From contig JBNJFB010000008.1 in the NCBI GenBank assembly GCA_051746405.1, forward strand, positions 1 to 64,000: DNA of 64,000 nucleotides. The letters run 5' to 3'. The stretch is from Campylobacterota bacterium. GTDB taxonomy: Bacteria; Campylobacterota; Campylobacteria; Campylobacterales; Arcobacteraceae. A program made the position numbers and the translations under genes. The stretch's first letter is position 1. Every line of letters begins with the position of its first letter. The notes beneath the pieces were generated by a model, which saw only the letters and a list, made by a program, of their open reading frames with translations, was not told the DNA's origin and did no database searches. Below, in pieces: positions 22,110 through 31,578 of this stretch.

Positions 22110-23159
22110 TTGGATAATATAGTATTAGAGTATCGAGATCCACTATTTGGTCTTATAATTTTAGTAGCTCTTATATTTTTAATCTCTTTTTTTACTTACT
22201 CTTATGGATTATACAAAGAAAAAATAGCAAGAAGAGATTATAGAAAACTATCAAAAAGGTTTGAGCTTGGAAAATTAAAAGAAGAAGACTATGTACATCT
22301 ATATAAAACATATAACTTACCTTTTGACTCTATTTTATTACTAGCTTCAAGTTTTTTACACAATGGAAACTACACTAAAGCTATATCTGTATATTTAACA
22401 CTACTAGAACATGTAAAAGATAGGGTTAAAAAAGAAGAGATTTTAGAACTACTTGGTACTACTTATTTCAAAAGTGGTTTTTTACAAAGATCAAAAGATA
22501 TCTTTTTAAGAATTTTAAAATTCTCTCCAAGAAATAAAAAAGCCTTAAATTTTCTATTAATTATTCATGAAAAACTAAGTGAATTTGAACAAGCTAAGGA
22601 TGTTAGCTACTGTTTAGAAGAGTTAAATGAAAATATGTCAAGAAATTTATACTATCTAGATTGTCTGATAATAATAAATGACCCTGTAATATCATATGAG
22701 CAAAGAAGTGAAAAGCTTTATAAAATATTTCAAAAAGAGAGATATACTCAAAGACTTTTTGCAGAGTTTTTACTTCAATTTAATAAACCATTTTTTTGGA
22801 AACATATAAATGAGTTTGACACTAAATATTTTATGGATTTAATGTGGTTTTTAAATTTTGAAGATATAGATTTTGAAAGTATAAAAGATAATAGATTTTT
22901 AAATGAGCTTTACAGTGCAAAGGGATATTTAGATACCATACAACATAGTGATGACTTTGTATTTGATATTTTAATTGCTTTAAACAAACATGAGCACAAA
23001 ATCAATGCAACTTTAAATTTTGAGTTCATTTGTAACTCATGTAAAAATATACATCCAATCTATGACAAAAGATGTCCCCATTGTCATAATATACTTACTT
23101 TTAATGTAAAACACAATTTAGCTAAGGATTTTAATGAAGAAAATCAATCTTTACAGTGA
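22110..23159 (+). CDS. TPR protein with N-terminal TM and C-terminal rubredoxin-like motif (LapB/YciM-like)
   Basis: TM helix, TPRs (LGTTYFKSGFLQRS), CNSC...CPHC. Confidence 0.75.
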   Translation: MDNIVLEYRDPLFGLIILVALIFLISFFTYSYGLYKEKIARRDYRKLSKRFELGKLKEEDYVHLYKTYNLPFDSILLLASSFLHNGNYTKAISVYLTLLEHVKDRVKKEEILELLGTTYFKSGFLQRSKDIFLRILKFSPRNKKALNFLLIIHEKLSEFEQAKDVSYCLEELNENMSRNLYYLDCLIIINDPVISYEQRSEKLYKIFQKERYTQRLFAEFLLQFNKPFFWKHINEFDTKYFMDLMWFLNFEDIDFESIKDNRFLNELYSAKGYLDTIQHSDDFVFDILIALNKHEHKINATLNFEFICNSCKNIHPIYDKRCPHCHNILTFNVKHNLAKDFNEENQSLQ

Positions 23160-23577
23160 TGGCTCTGCTCTTGGAAATCCAGGTCCAGGTGGATGGGGAA
23201 CAATTTTAGAGTTTAATGGAAATGAGAAAGAGTTAGGCGGAGGTGATGAGTATACAACAAACAATAAAATGGAGTTAAAAGGTGTTATTGAAGGATTAAA
23301 AGCACTTAAACAACCTTGTGAAGTTCATATAATATCTGATTCAACATATGTTGTAAAAGGAATAAACCAATGGTTAGAAAACTGGGTTAAAAACAGTTGG
23401 AGAAACTCAAGTAAAAAACCTGTAAAAAATATAGAGTTATGGCAAGAGTATTTAAAAGTTTCAAAAATACACAAAATAGCTGCAACATGGGTAAAAGGCC
23501 ATGATGGACATGAACATAATGAAAGGTGTGATATAATTGCAAAATCATATGCACAAGAATTGAAAAATAAAATATAA
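23134..23577 (+). CDS. rnhA: Ribonuclease HI
   Basis: SDGSALGNPGPGGWG, TTNNKMEL, WVKGH, NERCD. Confidence 0.97.
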   Translation: MKKINLYSDGSALGNPGPGGWGTILEFNGNEKELGGGDEYTTNNKMELKGVIEGLKALKQPCEVHIISDSTYVVKGINQWLENWVKNSWRNSSKKPVKNIELWQEYLKVSKIHKIAATWVKGHDGHEHNERCDIIAKSYAQELKNKI

Positions 23578-23592
23578 TAGAAGGAAAGTATA

Positions 23593-24273
23593 ATGAATGA
23601 CTACACAAAACTTGAGAAGTGTTTGGGTTATCAGTTTAAAGAAAAAAATCTGATAATCGAAGCACTTACTCATAAAAGTTATAAAAAGCCATATAATAAT
23701 GAGAGATTAGAGTTTCTAGGTGATGCTGTATTAAACTTGATTGTTGGAGAGTACCTGTTTTTAAAATTTCCAAAATCAAATGAAGGTGAACTTTCAAAAA
23801 TTAGAGCATCTCTTGTAAATGAAACTGGCTTTACAAAGTTAGCAAATGATATTAATTTGGGTGATTATATATTTATCTCAACTGCTGAAGAGAGAAACAA
23901 AGGAAGAACAAAAGCATCAATACTATCAGATGCATTTGAAGCTATTATGGGTGCCATTTATTTAGAATCGGGTCTTAATGTTTTAAAACCAATAATACTA
24001 GAACTACTAGAAAACTCTTATGATAAGATAAACTTGGATGTTTTATTTAGTGATTATAAAACAGCTCTACAAGAGATTACACAAGCAAAATTTGGTTCAA
24101 TTCCTGAATATAAAATCGAAGGTTCATATGGTCCTGACCATAAAAAAGAGTTTGAAATATCAATATGGATAGATGATATAAACTATGGTAGTGCAAAAGG
24201 CAAAAGTAAAAAACTAGCTCAACAAGCTGTTGCAAAGATAGCTATTAATAAGCTTAAGGAAAATAAAGAATGA
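23593..24273 (+). CDS. rnc: Ribonuclease III
   Basis: [12 protein letters not shown] signature plus dsRBD. Confidence 0.98.
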   Translation: MNDYTKLEKCLGYQFKEKNLIIEALTHKSYKKPYNNERLEFLGDAVLNLIVGEYLFLKFPKSNEGELSKIRASLVNETGFTKLANDINLGDYIFISTAEERNKGRTKASILSDAFEAIMGAIYLESGLNVLKPIILELLENSYDKINLDVLFSDYKTALQEITQAKFGSIPEYKIEGSYGPDHKKEFEISIWIDDINYGSAKGKSKKLAQQAVAKIAINKLKENKE

Positions 24274-25349
24274 ATACATTTGGACAAAAATTTAGATTTA
24301 CTACCTTTGGTGAGTCCCATGGCAAAGCACTAGGATGTGTTGTTGATGGAGTTCCTGCTGGTATTAAGATTGATGAGGAGTTTATTCAAACTCAAATGGA
24401 TAGAAGAAAGCCTGGAAAAAACAAGTATGCTACAGCTAGAAAAGAGAGTGACGCAGTTGAAATTTTATCAGGAGTATTTGAAGGAGTTAGTACAGGTACT
24501 CCTATATCTATGGTAATTTTTAATGAAAACCAAAAAAGTAAAGACTACTCAAATGTAAAAGATCTATTTAGACCAGGTCATGCTGATTTTACTTACTACA
24601 ATAAGTATGGAATTAGAGACTACAGAGGTGGCGGTAGAAGTAGTGCTAGAGAAACGGCTGCAAGAGTAGCAGCAGCAGCCATAGCAAAACTTATGCTAAA
24701 TGAGCTTAATATTGAAATAAACAGTGGTATATACCAAATTGAAAAGATAAAAGCTAATGAGATTGATTTTAATTTTGCAAGTAATTCAGAAATATTTGCA
24801 CTAGATAAAGAGGTTGAGCAAATACAAAAAGATGCAATTTTAAAAGCTAAAAATAGTCATAACTCAGTTGGTGGAGTTGCTTTAATAAATGTAAAAAATG
24901 CTCCTATAGGGCTAGGTGAACCAATATATTATAAGCTAGATTCTCAAATAGCAAATGCAATGATGAGCATAAATGCTGTAAAGGGTGTAGAGATTGGAGA
25001 TGGAGTATTAGCAGCACAAGTTAGTGGATATGATAATAATGATGAAATTAGAAAAGATGGATTTAAAACAAACCATAGTGGTGGAATGCTAGGTGGTATT
25101 TCAAATGGTGAAGATATTAATGTAAAAGTCTATTTTAAAGCAACACCTTCAATTTTTATAAAACAAGAGACCGTTGATATAAATAATAATGAAGTTGATT
25201 GTGAATTAAAAGGTAGGCATGACCCATGTGTTGCTATAAGAGGTAGTGTAGTAGCTGAGTCTATGATGAGTCTAGTTCTTGCTGATATGGTACTTTTAAA
25301 TATCTCTTCAAACATACAAAATATAAAAAAAGTATATGAAAATAAGTAA
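24270..25349 (+). CDS. aroC: Chorismate synthase
   Basis: [28 protein letters not shown]. Confidence 0.98.
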   Translation: MNTFGQKFRFTTFGESHGKALGCVVDGVPAGIKIDEEFIQTQMDRRKPGKNKYATARKESDAVEILSGVFEGVSTGTPISMVIFNENQKSKDYSNVKDLFRPGHADFTYYNKYGIRDYRGGGRSSARETAARVAAAAIAKLMLNELNIEINSGIYQIEKIKANEIDFNFASNSEIFALDKEVEQIQKDAILKAKNSHNSVGGVALINVKNAPIGLGEPIYYKLDSQIANAMMSINAVKGVEIGDGVLAAQVSGYDNNDEIRKDGFKTNHSGGMLGGISNGEDINVKVYFKATPSIFIKQETVDINNNEVDCELKGRHDPCVAIRGSVVAESMMSLVLADMVLLNISSNIQNIKKVYENK

Positions 25350-25381
25350 AATTTTATCTTTTTTTACTATAATTTTAATTC

Positions 25382-25413
25382 AAGCATCCCTTTGGTTAAG
25401 GGGTGCTTTTTTT
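25382..25413 (+). terminator. Rho-independent terminator after aroC, overlapping the convergent HtpX-like stop
   Basis: AAGCATCCCTT-tggtt-AAGGGGTGCTT followed by a T run. Confidence 0.7.
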
Positions 25414-26235
25414 ATTTTCAAGTATTATAACTCTTTGTTCTGCACTTACACAAGAACTTAAAAAACTATTCATAAACATCTCTTCTTTATCAAAATATGG
25501 ATTAATAGTAAATAGATGACTTGTTTGTAATGAACTATTTAATAATAGTGCCCTATTTGATAGTTTACTAAGTGCACTTATTGATGCTTGTATAAAACTT
25601 ACATCTTTTAATATACTACTTGCATAATCATCTGCTAAAATATCACTTCTTTTTATATTAAATAGTTTTATATAAATAGAGGATATGGGAGTAAATATAG
25701 AGTTTAAAAAGAAAAATAGCGAACTATCTTCCAACATGTCTTTACTATATCTAGCTTTCATTTTATTTGGAAAATATGCAATCAAACTCGAAAAGTATGC
25801 TACCAATGAGTTAATTAAAATATCATTATTATTTATATGCCCTAGTTCATGTGCTATTACACCTTCAATCTCTTTTTTATTTAATAAATCATATAACCCT
25901 GTAGTTATAACTAAACTAGCATCATTTGAGTTTCTACCTGTACTAAATGCATTGGGAGTATTATCAGAAATAAGATATACCCTTGGCATTGTAGTATTTG
26001 TTTTAGATACCAAATCATCTATAATTTCATATACAGGATGTTTAAAATTATCTAAAGGAATTGCATTAAAATACTCTAATAGGAATTTATCACAATAGTA
26101 GTATGCATAAATATTTAAAGAGTTTATCAGTAAAAAAGAGATTAATAAGCCATCAACTCCAGCAAAATAAAACCCTAAAAATGAAAAAATCAACATTTGT
26201 AAAATAAACAGTAGGATTACTTTTAGCTGTCCCAT
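25396..26235 (-). CDS. M48 family (HtpX-like) membrane metalloprotease, divergent
   Basis: PNAFSTGR, EIEGVIAHELGH; N-terminal TMs; downstream motifs degenerate. Confidence 0.8.
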   Translation of the reverse strand: MGQLKVILLFILQMLIFSFLGFYFAGVDGLLISFLLINSLNIYAYYYCDKFLLEYFNAIPLDNFKHPVYEIIDDLVSKTNTTMPRVYLISDNTPNAFSTGRNSNDASLVITTGLYDLLNKKEIEGVIAHELGHINNNDILINSLVAYFSSLIAYFPNKMKARYSKDMLEDSSLFFFLNSIFTPISSIYIKLFNIKRSDILADDYASSILKDVSFIQASISALSKLSNRALLLNSSLQTSHLFTINPYFDKEEMFMNSFLSSCVSAEQRVIILENKKSTP

Positions 26236-26351
26236 AATATTTCTCCTTGATATTTGATAATTTTAACAGATATAGATTAAGATGTATTTAATTTTATAAT
26301 AAAAAAAGCTTATTTTCTCTAAAATATAAAAAAAGAATAAAGAGTAGAAAA

Positions 26352-26840
26352 ATGAAAACACTGTATATTGTAAGACATGCAGAAAAAAACATACAAGAAA
26401 TAAGTAAAGATGACTATGATATTCCTTTAACAAAAAGAGGTCTTGAGGATGCAAAAACAATGGCAAAAAGACTTCATGAAAAGAAAGTTAAACCTGACTT
26501 AATAGTTTCAAGTCCTGCTTTAAGAACAAGCCAAACCTCTCAAGAGTATGCAAAAACGCTAGACTATCATAAAGGCATTATGTACAATGATGTTTTATAT
26601 ATGGCTTATGTAAATGAATTAATTGAGACAATATCATATACCTATGATGATGTGAATTGTATGATTCTAGTAGGACACAACCCATCTGTAACTGCATTAG
26701 CAACAGTTATAAGTGAATTTAACAAAGAAATACCAATGGGTGGCCTTGTAAAATTAGAGTTTAATTGTGACTCTTGGCTTGATATATTAAATATATCAAA
26801 AGATAATGTTAAAGTTTTAGATTTTGATTATCCTAGGTAA
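26352..26840 (+). CDS. Histidine phosphatase, SixA family
   Basis: IVRHA, SSPALR, LVGHNP. Confidence 0.9.
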   Translation: MKTLYIVRHAEKNIQEISKDDYDIPLTKRGLEDAKTMAKRLHEKKVKPDLIVSSPALRTSQTSQEYAKTLDYHKGIMYNDVLYMAYVNELIETISYTYDDVNCMILVGHNPSVTALATVISEFNKEIPMGGLVKLEFNCDSWLDILNISKDNVKVLDFDYPR

Positions 26841-26848
26841 GTAGTCTC

Positions 26849-28195
26849 CTACTTTCCTAAACAAAACTCTCCAAACATCACATCTAACATTTGGTCATTT
26901 TCATAAGGTCGTGTTATATTTGAAATAGCCTCTAAAGCTGTTGTTATATGGTGTGCAAAGAACTCTAACTGACCACTTAAAAGAGGCTCTTTTGATGCTA
27001 TTATATTCTCTAATGTCTCTTGGACAGAACTAACTTGTCTTTGTGATATAAGAGACATCTCATCACCATGTGTACAACTGTTTAAAATTGTTTCTATTTT
27101 ATTTACTAAAGGTTTTATATCATTTTTAGCTGATAGTTCAATATAACTTAAATCAAGTCTATTTTTATCAAGTTTAGCTTCAAGATCAACTTTATTAAGT
27201 ACTGAAACTATCTCTTTTTTATCTTGATTTTTTAAAAGTTCAACTATCTTTTCATCTTCTTGTTCAAAGGGTTTACTACTATCAAATATCGCAATAACAA
27301 TATCTGCTTCATTTACTGCTTCTAATGAACGCTTAATACCTATTTTCTCTATTTCATCATTTGCACTTCTAATTCCTGCTGTATCAACTATTTTTATTAT
27401 ATGAGTTCCAATTTTAACAGACTCTTCTATAGTATCCCTGGTTGTTCCTGCAATATTAGAGATAATTGCCCTATCAAAGTTTAGTAGTTTATTAAGCAGC
27501 GATGATTTACCAACATTTGGTTTTCCTACAATTGCTACTTTAAACCCTTCAATCATCCCCTCTCTTCTTCTACTAGCATCTAATGTTGTGGTTAACTTCT
27601 TTTCTATATTACTCAATTTTGTATTTATTTGTTCAAAAATATCACTTGGTAAATCCTCTTCTGCATAATCAATACTAACCTCTGTATAAGCTAACATAAA
27701 CAAAAGGTCACTTCTAATATCTTCTACAAAATCTTTAAGCTCACCCTTTAATTGTTTTGCAAGAAGTTTCACAGCATCTTCACTTCTAGCCTCTATTATT
27801 TTTGATATGGCTTGTGCTTTTGATAAATCAATCTTATTATTTAAAAAAGCTCTTTTTGAGAACTCACCTGGATTTGCAAGTCTTGCACTACAGTTTAAAA
27901 CTTCATTTACTATCATATTTGCAATAGCAACACCACCATGACACTGAAACTCAACTACATCTTCTCCTGTAAAAGAGAATGGTGCTTTAAAGTATAAAAC
28001 TAAAGCTTCATCTATTAATTCATCTTTTGTTGTATATATTTGACTAAGTGTGGCTAATCTTGGTTTAAAGCTATCTTTTTTAGTTAATTTTGAAGCAATA
28101 GTTAAAGCATCTTTTCCTGAAACCCTAACTATTGAAATTGAACCTATTCCATTTGCAGTTGCAAGTGCAACTATAGTATTATCATCAAGTAACAA
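26849..28195 (-). CDS. mnmE: tRNA modification GTPase MnmE/TrmE
   Basis: TIVALAT, GKPNVGKSS, GTTRD, FCLGK; TTG start at 28195 just after the jag stop preferred over track start 28222. Confidence 0.96.
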   Translation of the reverse strand: MLLDDNTIVALATANGIGSISIVRVSGKDALTIASKLTKKDSFKPRLATLSQIYTTKDELIDEALVLYFKAPFSFTGEDVVEFQCHGGVAIANMIVNEVLNCSARLANPGEFSKRAFLNNKIDLSKAQAISKIIEARSEDAVKLLAKQLKGELKDFVEDIRSDLLFMLAYTEVSIDYAEEDLPSDIFEQINTKLSNIEKKLTTTLDASRRREGMIEGFKVAIVGKPNVGKSSLLNKLLNFDRAIISNIAGTTRDTIEESVKIGTHIIKIVDTAGIRSANDEIEKIGIKRSLEAVNEADIVIAIFDSSKPFEQEDEKIVELLKNQDKKEIVSVLNKVDLEAKLDKNRLDLSYIELSAKNDIKPLVNKIETILNSCTHGDEMSLISQRQVSSVQETLENIIASKEPLLSGQLEFFAHHITTALEAISNITRPYENDQMLDVMFGEFCLGK

Positions 28196-28196
28196 A

Positions 28197-29081
28197 TTAA
28201 TACTCTTTGCTTCTATACTCATTTACAAGTACATATTTGTCACCTCTTACATTCGTTTTAACAGCTACGTACTTATTAGGGAATTCATCCCTTAATCTTT
28301 TTAAAGCAATGTGAACTAAAATGCCATCTAATGGTTTAGTTTTAAACATTCCTTTCTCTTTTATAGTCTCAATTACAGGCTCTAAATATGCATGAGTTGC
28401 TTCCTCTTGATTTTTAAGAAATTTTGCAACCTCTAATCTTAGCATAAGACCATACTTTTCATTTATCCAATTAAAAAGAATATATGATAATGCTTTGTAT
28501 CTATACCCCTCTTTTCCAATTAATAAAGCTGAGTCATCTCCATTGAACTCTATATAGATTGTCTCATCATCATACATCTCAACTTTAATTTCATCAATAT
28601 CATAGCAACTATTTGCAAAAAGTAGATCTATGCCTTGCTTAATCTCATCTATAATTTGTTCATAATCTTTTTTTATAATTACATTTGATACTTGTGTGTT
28701 ACAATCTTTTTCATTATAGAAGTTATCAAAAATTCTCTCTTTTGGCTCAAGTTTTGGTTTATTTAATTTTTCTGTTTCATCTTCTTTTTTATTAGCTTCA
28801 TCTTGCTGCTTGTCTTTAGCATCTGAATCTTTTATTCTAGATGATACATCTTCTATTTTTATATCTTTTGCTTTATATTTATTTGAAGAAATATCTTTCT
28901 CATAGGTTTTACAATCTTCTTTATAACAAACTTCAATAATTGCAGTTTTTTTACCAAAGCCAAGAAATCCTTTACTTGGCTGCTGTATTATCTCTATTTG
29001 TAAATCAGTTATAGAGCACTTAAACTCTAAAGTAGCTAACTCATAAACCTCTTCTAAACAGTTTGCTTCAAATTTTTTCAT
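28197..29081 (-). CDS. Jag/EloR (KhpB)-like RNA-binding protein
   Basis: Jag_N (KGFLGFGKK.A.I), KH-like LLIGKEG; between yidC and mnmE. Confidence 0.88.
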   Translation of the reverse strand: MKKFEANCLEEVYELATLEFKCSITDLQIEIIQQPSKGFLGFGKKTAIIEVCYKEDCKTYEKDISSNKYKAKDIKIEDVSSRIKDSDAKDKQQDEANKKEDETEKLNKPKLEPKERIFDNFYNEKDCNTQVSNVIIKKDYEQIIDEIKQGIDLLFANSCYDIDEIKVEMYDDETIYIEFNGDDSALLIGKEGYRYKALSYILFNWINEKYGLMLRLEVAKFLKNQEEATHAYLEPVIETIKEKGMFKTKPLDGILVHIALKRLRDEFPNKYVAVKTNVRGDKYVLVNEYRSKEY

Positions 29082-29090
29082 AGTTAATCC

Positions 29091-30692
29091 CTATTTCTTT
29101 GCAGCTCTTTTTTTATCAAACAATCTATTAATGTAATATTGCTGAGCAATTGTAAATAAGTTATTTACGAACCAATATAACGTTAGTCCAGCTGGGAACC
29201 ATAAGAAGAAGAATGTAAATATTACAGGTAAAAATTGGAATATTTTCTTTTGCATTTCATCTTGCATAGTATTTGGTGTAATCTTTTGTTGTAAATACAT
29301 AGTAGCACCCATTAAAATAGGTAATACAAAATATGGATCCATCTCTGCTAAGTCTTGTACCCATAAAATCCATGGAGCACCTTTTAACTCAATTGCATTT
29401 AATAGAACCCTATATATTGCGAAGAATACTGGTATTTGTAAAATTAATGGTAAACAACCGCCCATAGGATTGGCACCATGTTTCTTATAAAGTTCCATCA
29501 TGTGAGTAGACTGTTTTTGCTTATCATCTTTATATTTATTTTGAATCTCTTTCATTTTAGGAGCTAACTCTTTTAGCTTGTTCATAGAAACCATACCTTT
29601 ATAAGATAAAGGATATAAAACAAGTTTAACTAAGATTGTCAATGCAACAATAGTCCAACCCCAGTTACCAATAATACCATGAAGATATTGTAATAATATA
29701 AACACTGGTTTAGCTAAAAATGTAAACCACCCATACTCAATTACATCAGTTAGTTCTTTGTTTAATGAAGCTAGATTTTTGTAATTCTTTGGTCCCATAT
29801 ATCCTGAGAAAGATATATTATCTCCTGCATGAATAAAAGCTTGTGGATTTTCATTATCATCTGGCATAAGTGAAAGTGACATGGATTTATTGAAGTTATA
29901 AATAACAGTTGCATAATATCTATCAAAGTTAGATACAAACTTTGCACCTGTAATATTTCTATTCTTATCTAAATCACCATCTTCAATAATTGTCAAAGTA
30001 TTGTCATTTAACTTAACCATCACCCCATGGTCTGCATACATATCTGCTAATACATTTGGTCTAAAACCATTTGTAATAAAAAACTTTTTATCATTAGTTG
30101 CACTTGTAGTTAAATCATAATGCCCATCTGCATAAAAAGTGAACTTTTTAGTTAATACAGTTTCCCCTAAATCTTGAGTAATAGTAAGCTCTTTTTTTCC
30201 ATCTTGTACTACTAAATTACTACTACTAGCTTGTGCATTTGTTTTAAATGCTTTACTGTTTATATTTTTATTAGCAAATCTAACTTCTAAAGGTCTTAAT
30301 TGATCTGCCTCAAATAGTTTTATTTGGTCAGTATTCTCATCTTTATATTTTGTCTCTAATAAAGTAACTTGAGCGATTCGACCTTTATTATCAATCTCAA
30401 TTAGATTTCTATTTGTTTTAATTACTGCAATAATATCATTTGAAGCAATTTGCTTTGATGATAAAGAAGATACAGATTTTGACATATCAACAGGATTACC
30501 TGAAACATCAGTCTCTTTCATATCATCAACTGGAGCAGTTTTTTGTTGTGTTTGCTCTTGTTTTGATTCTTGTTTAGCTTCTTTCTGAGGTTTTAGTACT
30601 AAAAACTCATACGCAATAAAAAATACAAAAACTACCAATGTCATAATTAACATTCGTTTTTGCATACCGTTACCTTGATTCATATTATTCAT
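29091..30692 (-). CDS. yidC: Membrane protein insertase YidC
   Basis: EYGWF, GNWGW, GGCLP, DPYFVLP. Confidence 0.98.
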   Translation of the reverse strand: MNNMNQGNGMQKRMLIMTLVVFVFFIAYEFLVLKPQKEAKQESKQEQTQQKTAPVDDMKETDVSGNPVDMSKSVSSLSSKQIASNDIIAVIKTNRNLIEIDNKGRIAQVTLLETKYKDENTDQIKLFEADQLRPLEVRFANKNINSKAFKTNAQASSSNLVVQDGKKELTITQDLGETVLTKKFTFYADGHYDLTTSATNDKKFFITNGFRPNVLADMYADHGVMVKLNDNTLTIIEDGDLDKNRNITGAKFVSNFDRYYATVIYNFNKSMSLSLMPDDNENPQAFIHAGDNISFSGYMGPKNYKNLASLNKELTDVIEYGWFTFLAKPVFILLQYLHGIIGNWGWTIVALTILVKLVLYPLSYKGMVSMNKLKELAPKMKEIQNKYKDDKQKQSTHMMELYKKHGANPMGGCLPLILQIPVFFAIYRVLLNAIELKGAPWILWVQDLAEMDPYFVLPILMGATMYLQQKITPNTMQDEMQKKIFQFLPVIFTFFFLWFPAGLTLYWFVNNLFTIAQQYYINRLFDKKRAAKK

Positions 30693-31017
30693 TATAATTC
30701 TTCCACTCCCGATTTTTAACTACGATGTATCTACCATTACTAGTTGGAATTAACCAGTAAATGATTTTGATTTTTTTATAATCAACCCTTTGAATTTTGT
30801 TTAATTTAACTATTGGATAGTCAAATCCCCCATCAAAAAGTTGGTTACATTTTAATATGCGTGTAATTGTAAAATAAATAGCCTTAAAAAATGTATTATT
30901 ATCAAATTGCCATAGGGCATATTGTGAACAAGTTGGGTAATATCGACATGATCCAAATGAGATTATGGATAAATAGCGTTGATAAAATTTTATAAGATAT
31001 TTAAAAAAAAATTTCAT
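30685..31017 (-). CDS. yidD: Membrane protein insertion efficiency factor YidD
   Basis: CRYYPTCSQYA, RILKCNQLFDGGFD. Confidence 0.93.
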   Translation of the reverse strand: MKFFFKYLIKFYQRYLSIISFGSCRYYPTCSQYALWQFDNNTFFKAIYFTITRILKCNQLFDGGFDYPIVKLNKIQRVDYKKIKIIYWLIPTSNGRYIVVKNREWKNYNE

Positions 31018-31352
31018 TATTTTAGTAGTTCGAGTCGCTTTAAGGCAAAATCAAAATCTCTTTTTAAATCTTTATAATCTTTTTGGTGAATCTCTTTTTT
31101 AATTACAAATATGTATTTGCCTGTTTTAACTCTGTTTTCGTAAGTTTTAAATAAAGCCCTAGCTCTTCTTCTAGCTTTATTTCTTAATACTGCATTTCCA
31201 ACTTTTTTTGAAGTAACAAATGCAATTTTAAATTTTTCATCTAAACTAAAAAAAGCGACAAAAGAGCCTGTATGCCACTTTTTGCCGCTTTTGTATAGTT
31301 TGTTGAAATCCCTTTGACTATTAAGTCGGTATTTCTTGCTTAAACAGCTAAT
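31017..31352 (-). CDS. rnpA: Ribonuclease P protein component (absent from ORF track; probable ATT start)
   Basis: Manual translation [25 protein letters not shown]...[21 protein letters not shown]...LELLK*; RNR motif; between rpmH and yidD, TAATG overlap with yidD. Confidence 0.92.
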   Translation of the reverse strand: MSCLSKKYRLNSQRDFNKLYKSGKKWHTGSFVAFFSLDEKFKIAFVTSKKVGNAVLRNKARRRARALFKTYENRVKTGKYIFVIKKEIHQKDYKDLKRDFDFALKRLELLK

Positions 31353-31474
31353 CTTTTTCTACCTTTAGCTCTTCTTGCTTTAATAATTTTTCTACCATTC
31401 TTAGTAGACATTCTTAGTCTAAAACCATGAGTTCTCTTCTTTGGAGTATTATGTGGTTGAAACGTTCTTTTCAT
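31340..31474 (-). CDS. rpmH: 50S ribosomal protein L34 (below ORF-track size cutoff)
   Basis: Manual translation [44 protein letters not shown]. Confidence 0.98.
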   Translation of the reverse strand: MKRTFQPHNTPKKRTHGFRLRMSTKNGRKIIKARRAKGRKRLAV

Positions 31475-31578
31475 TATAGTCTTCCTTCATTTCACTAATT
31501 AAGTTGTGGATTTTACTAAAACCCAACTTAAAACTTCATTAGTTTGTTGCTAAAATTTATAAACTACTTAATATTTCT

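Noticed and set aside
31003..31011. A9 tract at the yidD 5' end (and T9 at 41681-41689) as phase-variation sites
   Set aside because: Frames are intact, and A/T runs of this length are common in such AT-rich DNA; Campylobacterota contingency loci are typically poly-G/C
31504..31513. TGTGGATTT resembling a DnaA box upstream of rpmH, suggesting oriC
   Set aside because: Single copy with two mismatches, overlapping the likely -10 region; no dnaA/dnaN or box cluster; clpB is the neighbour
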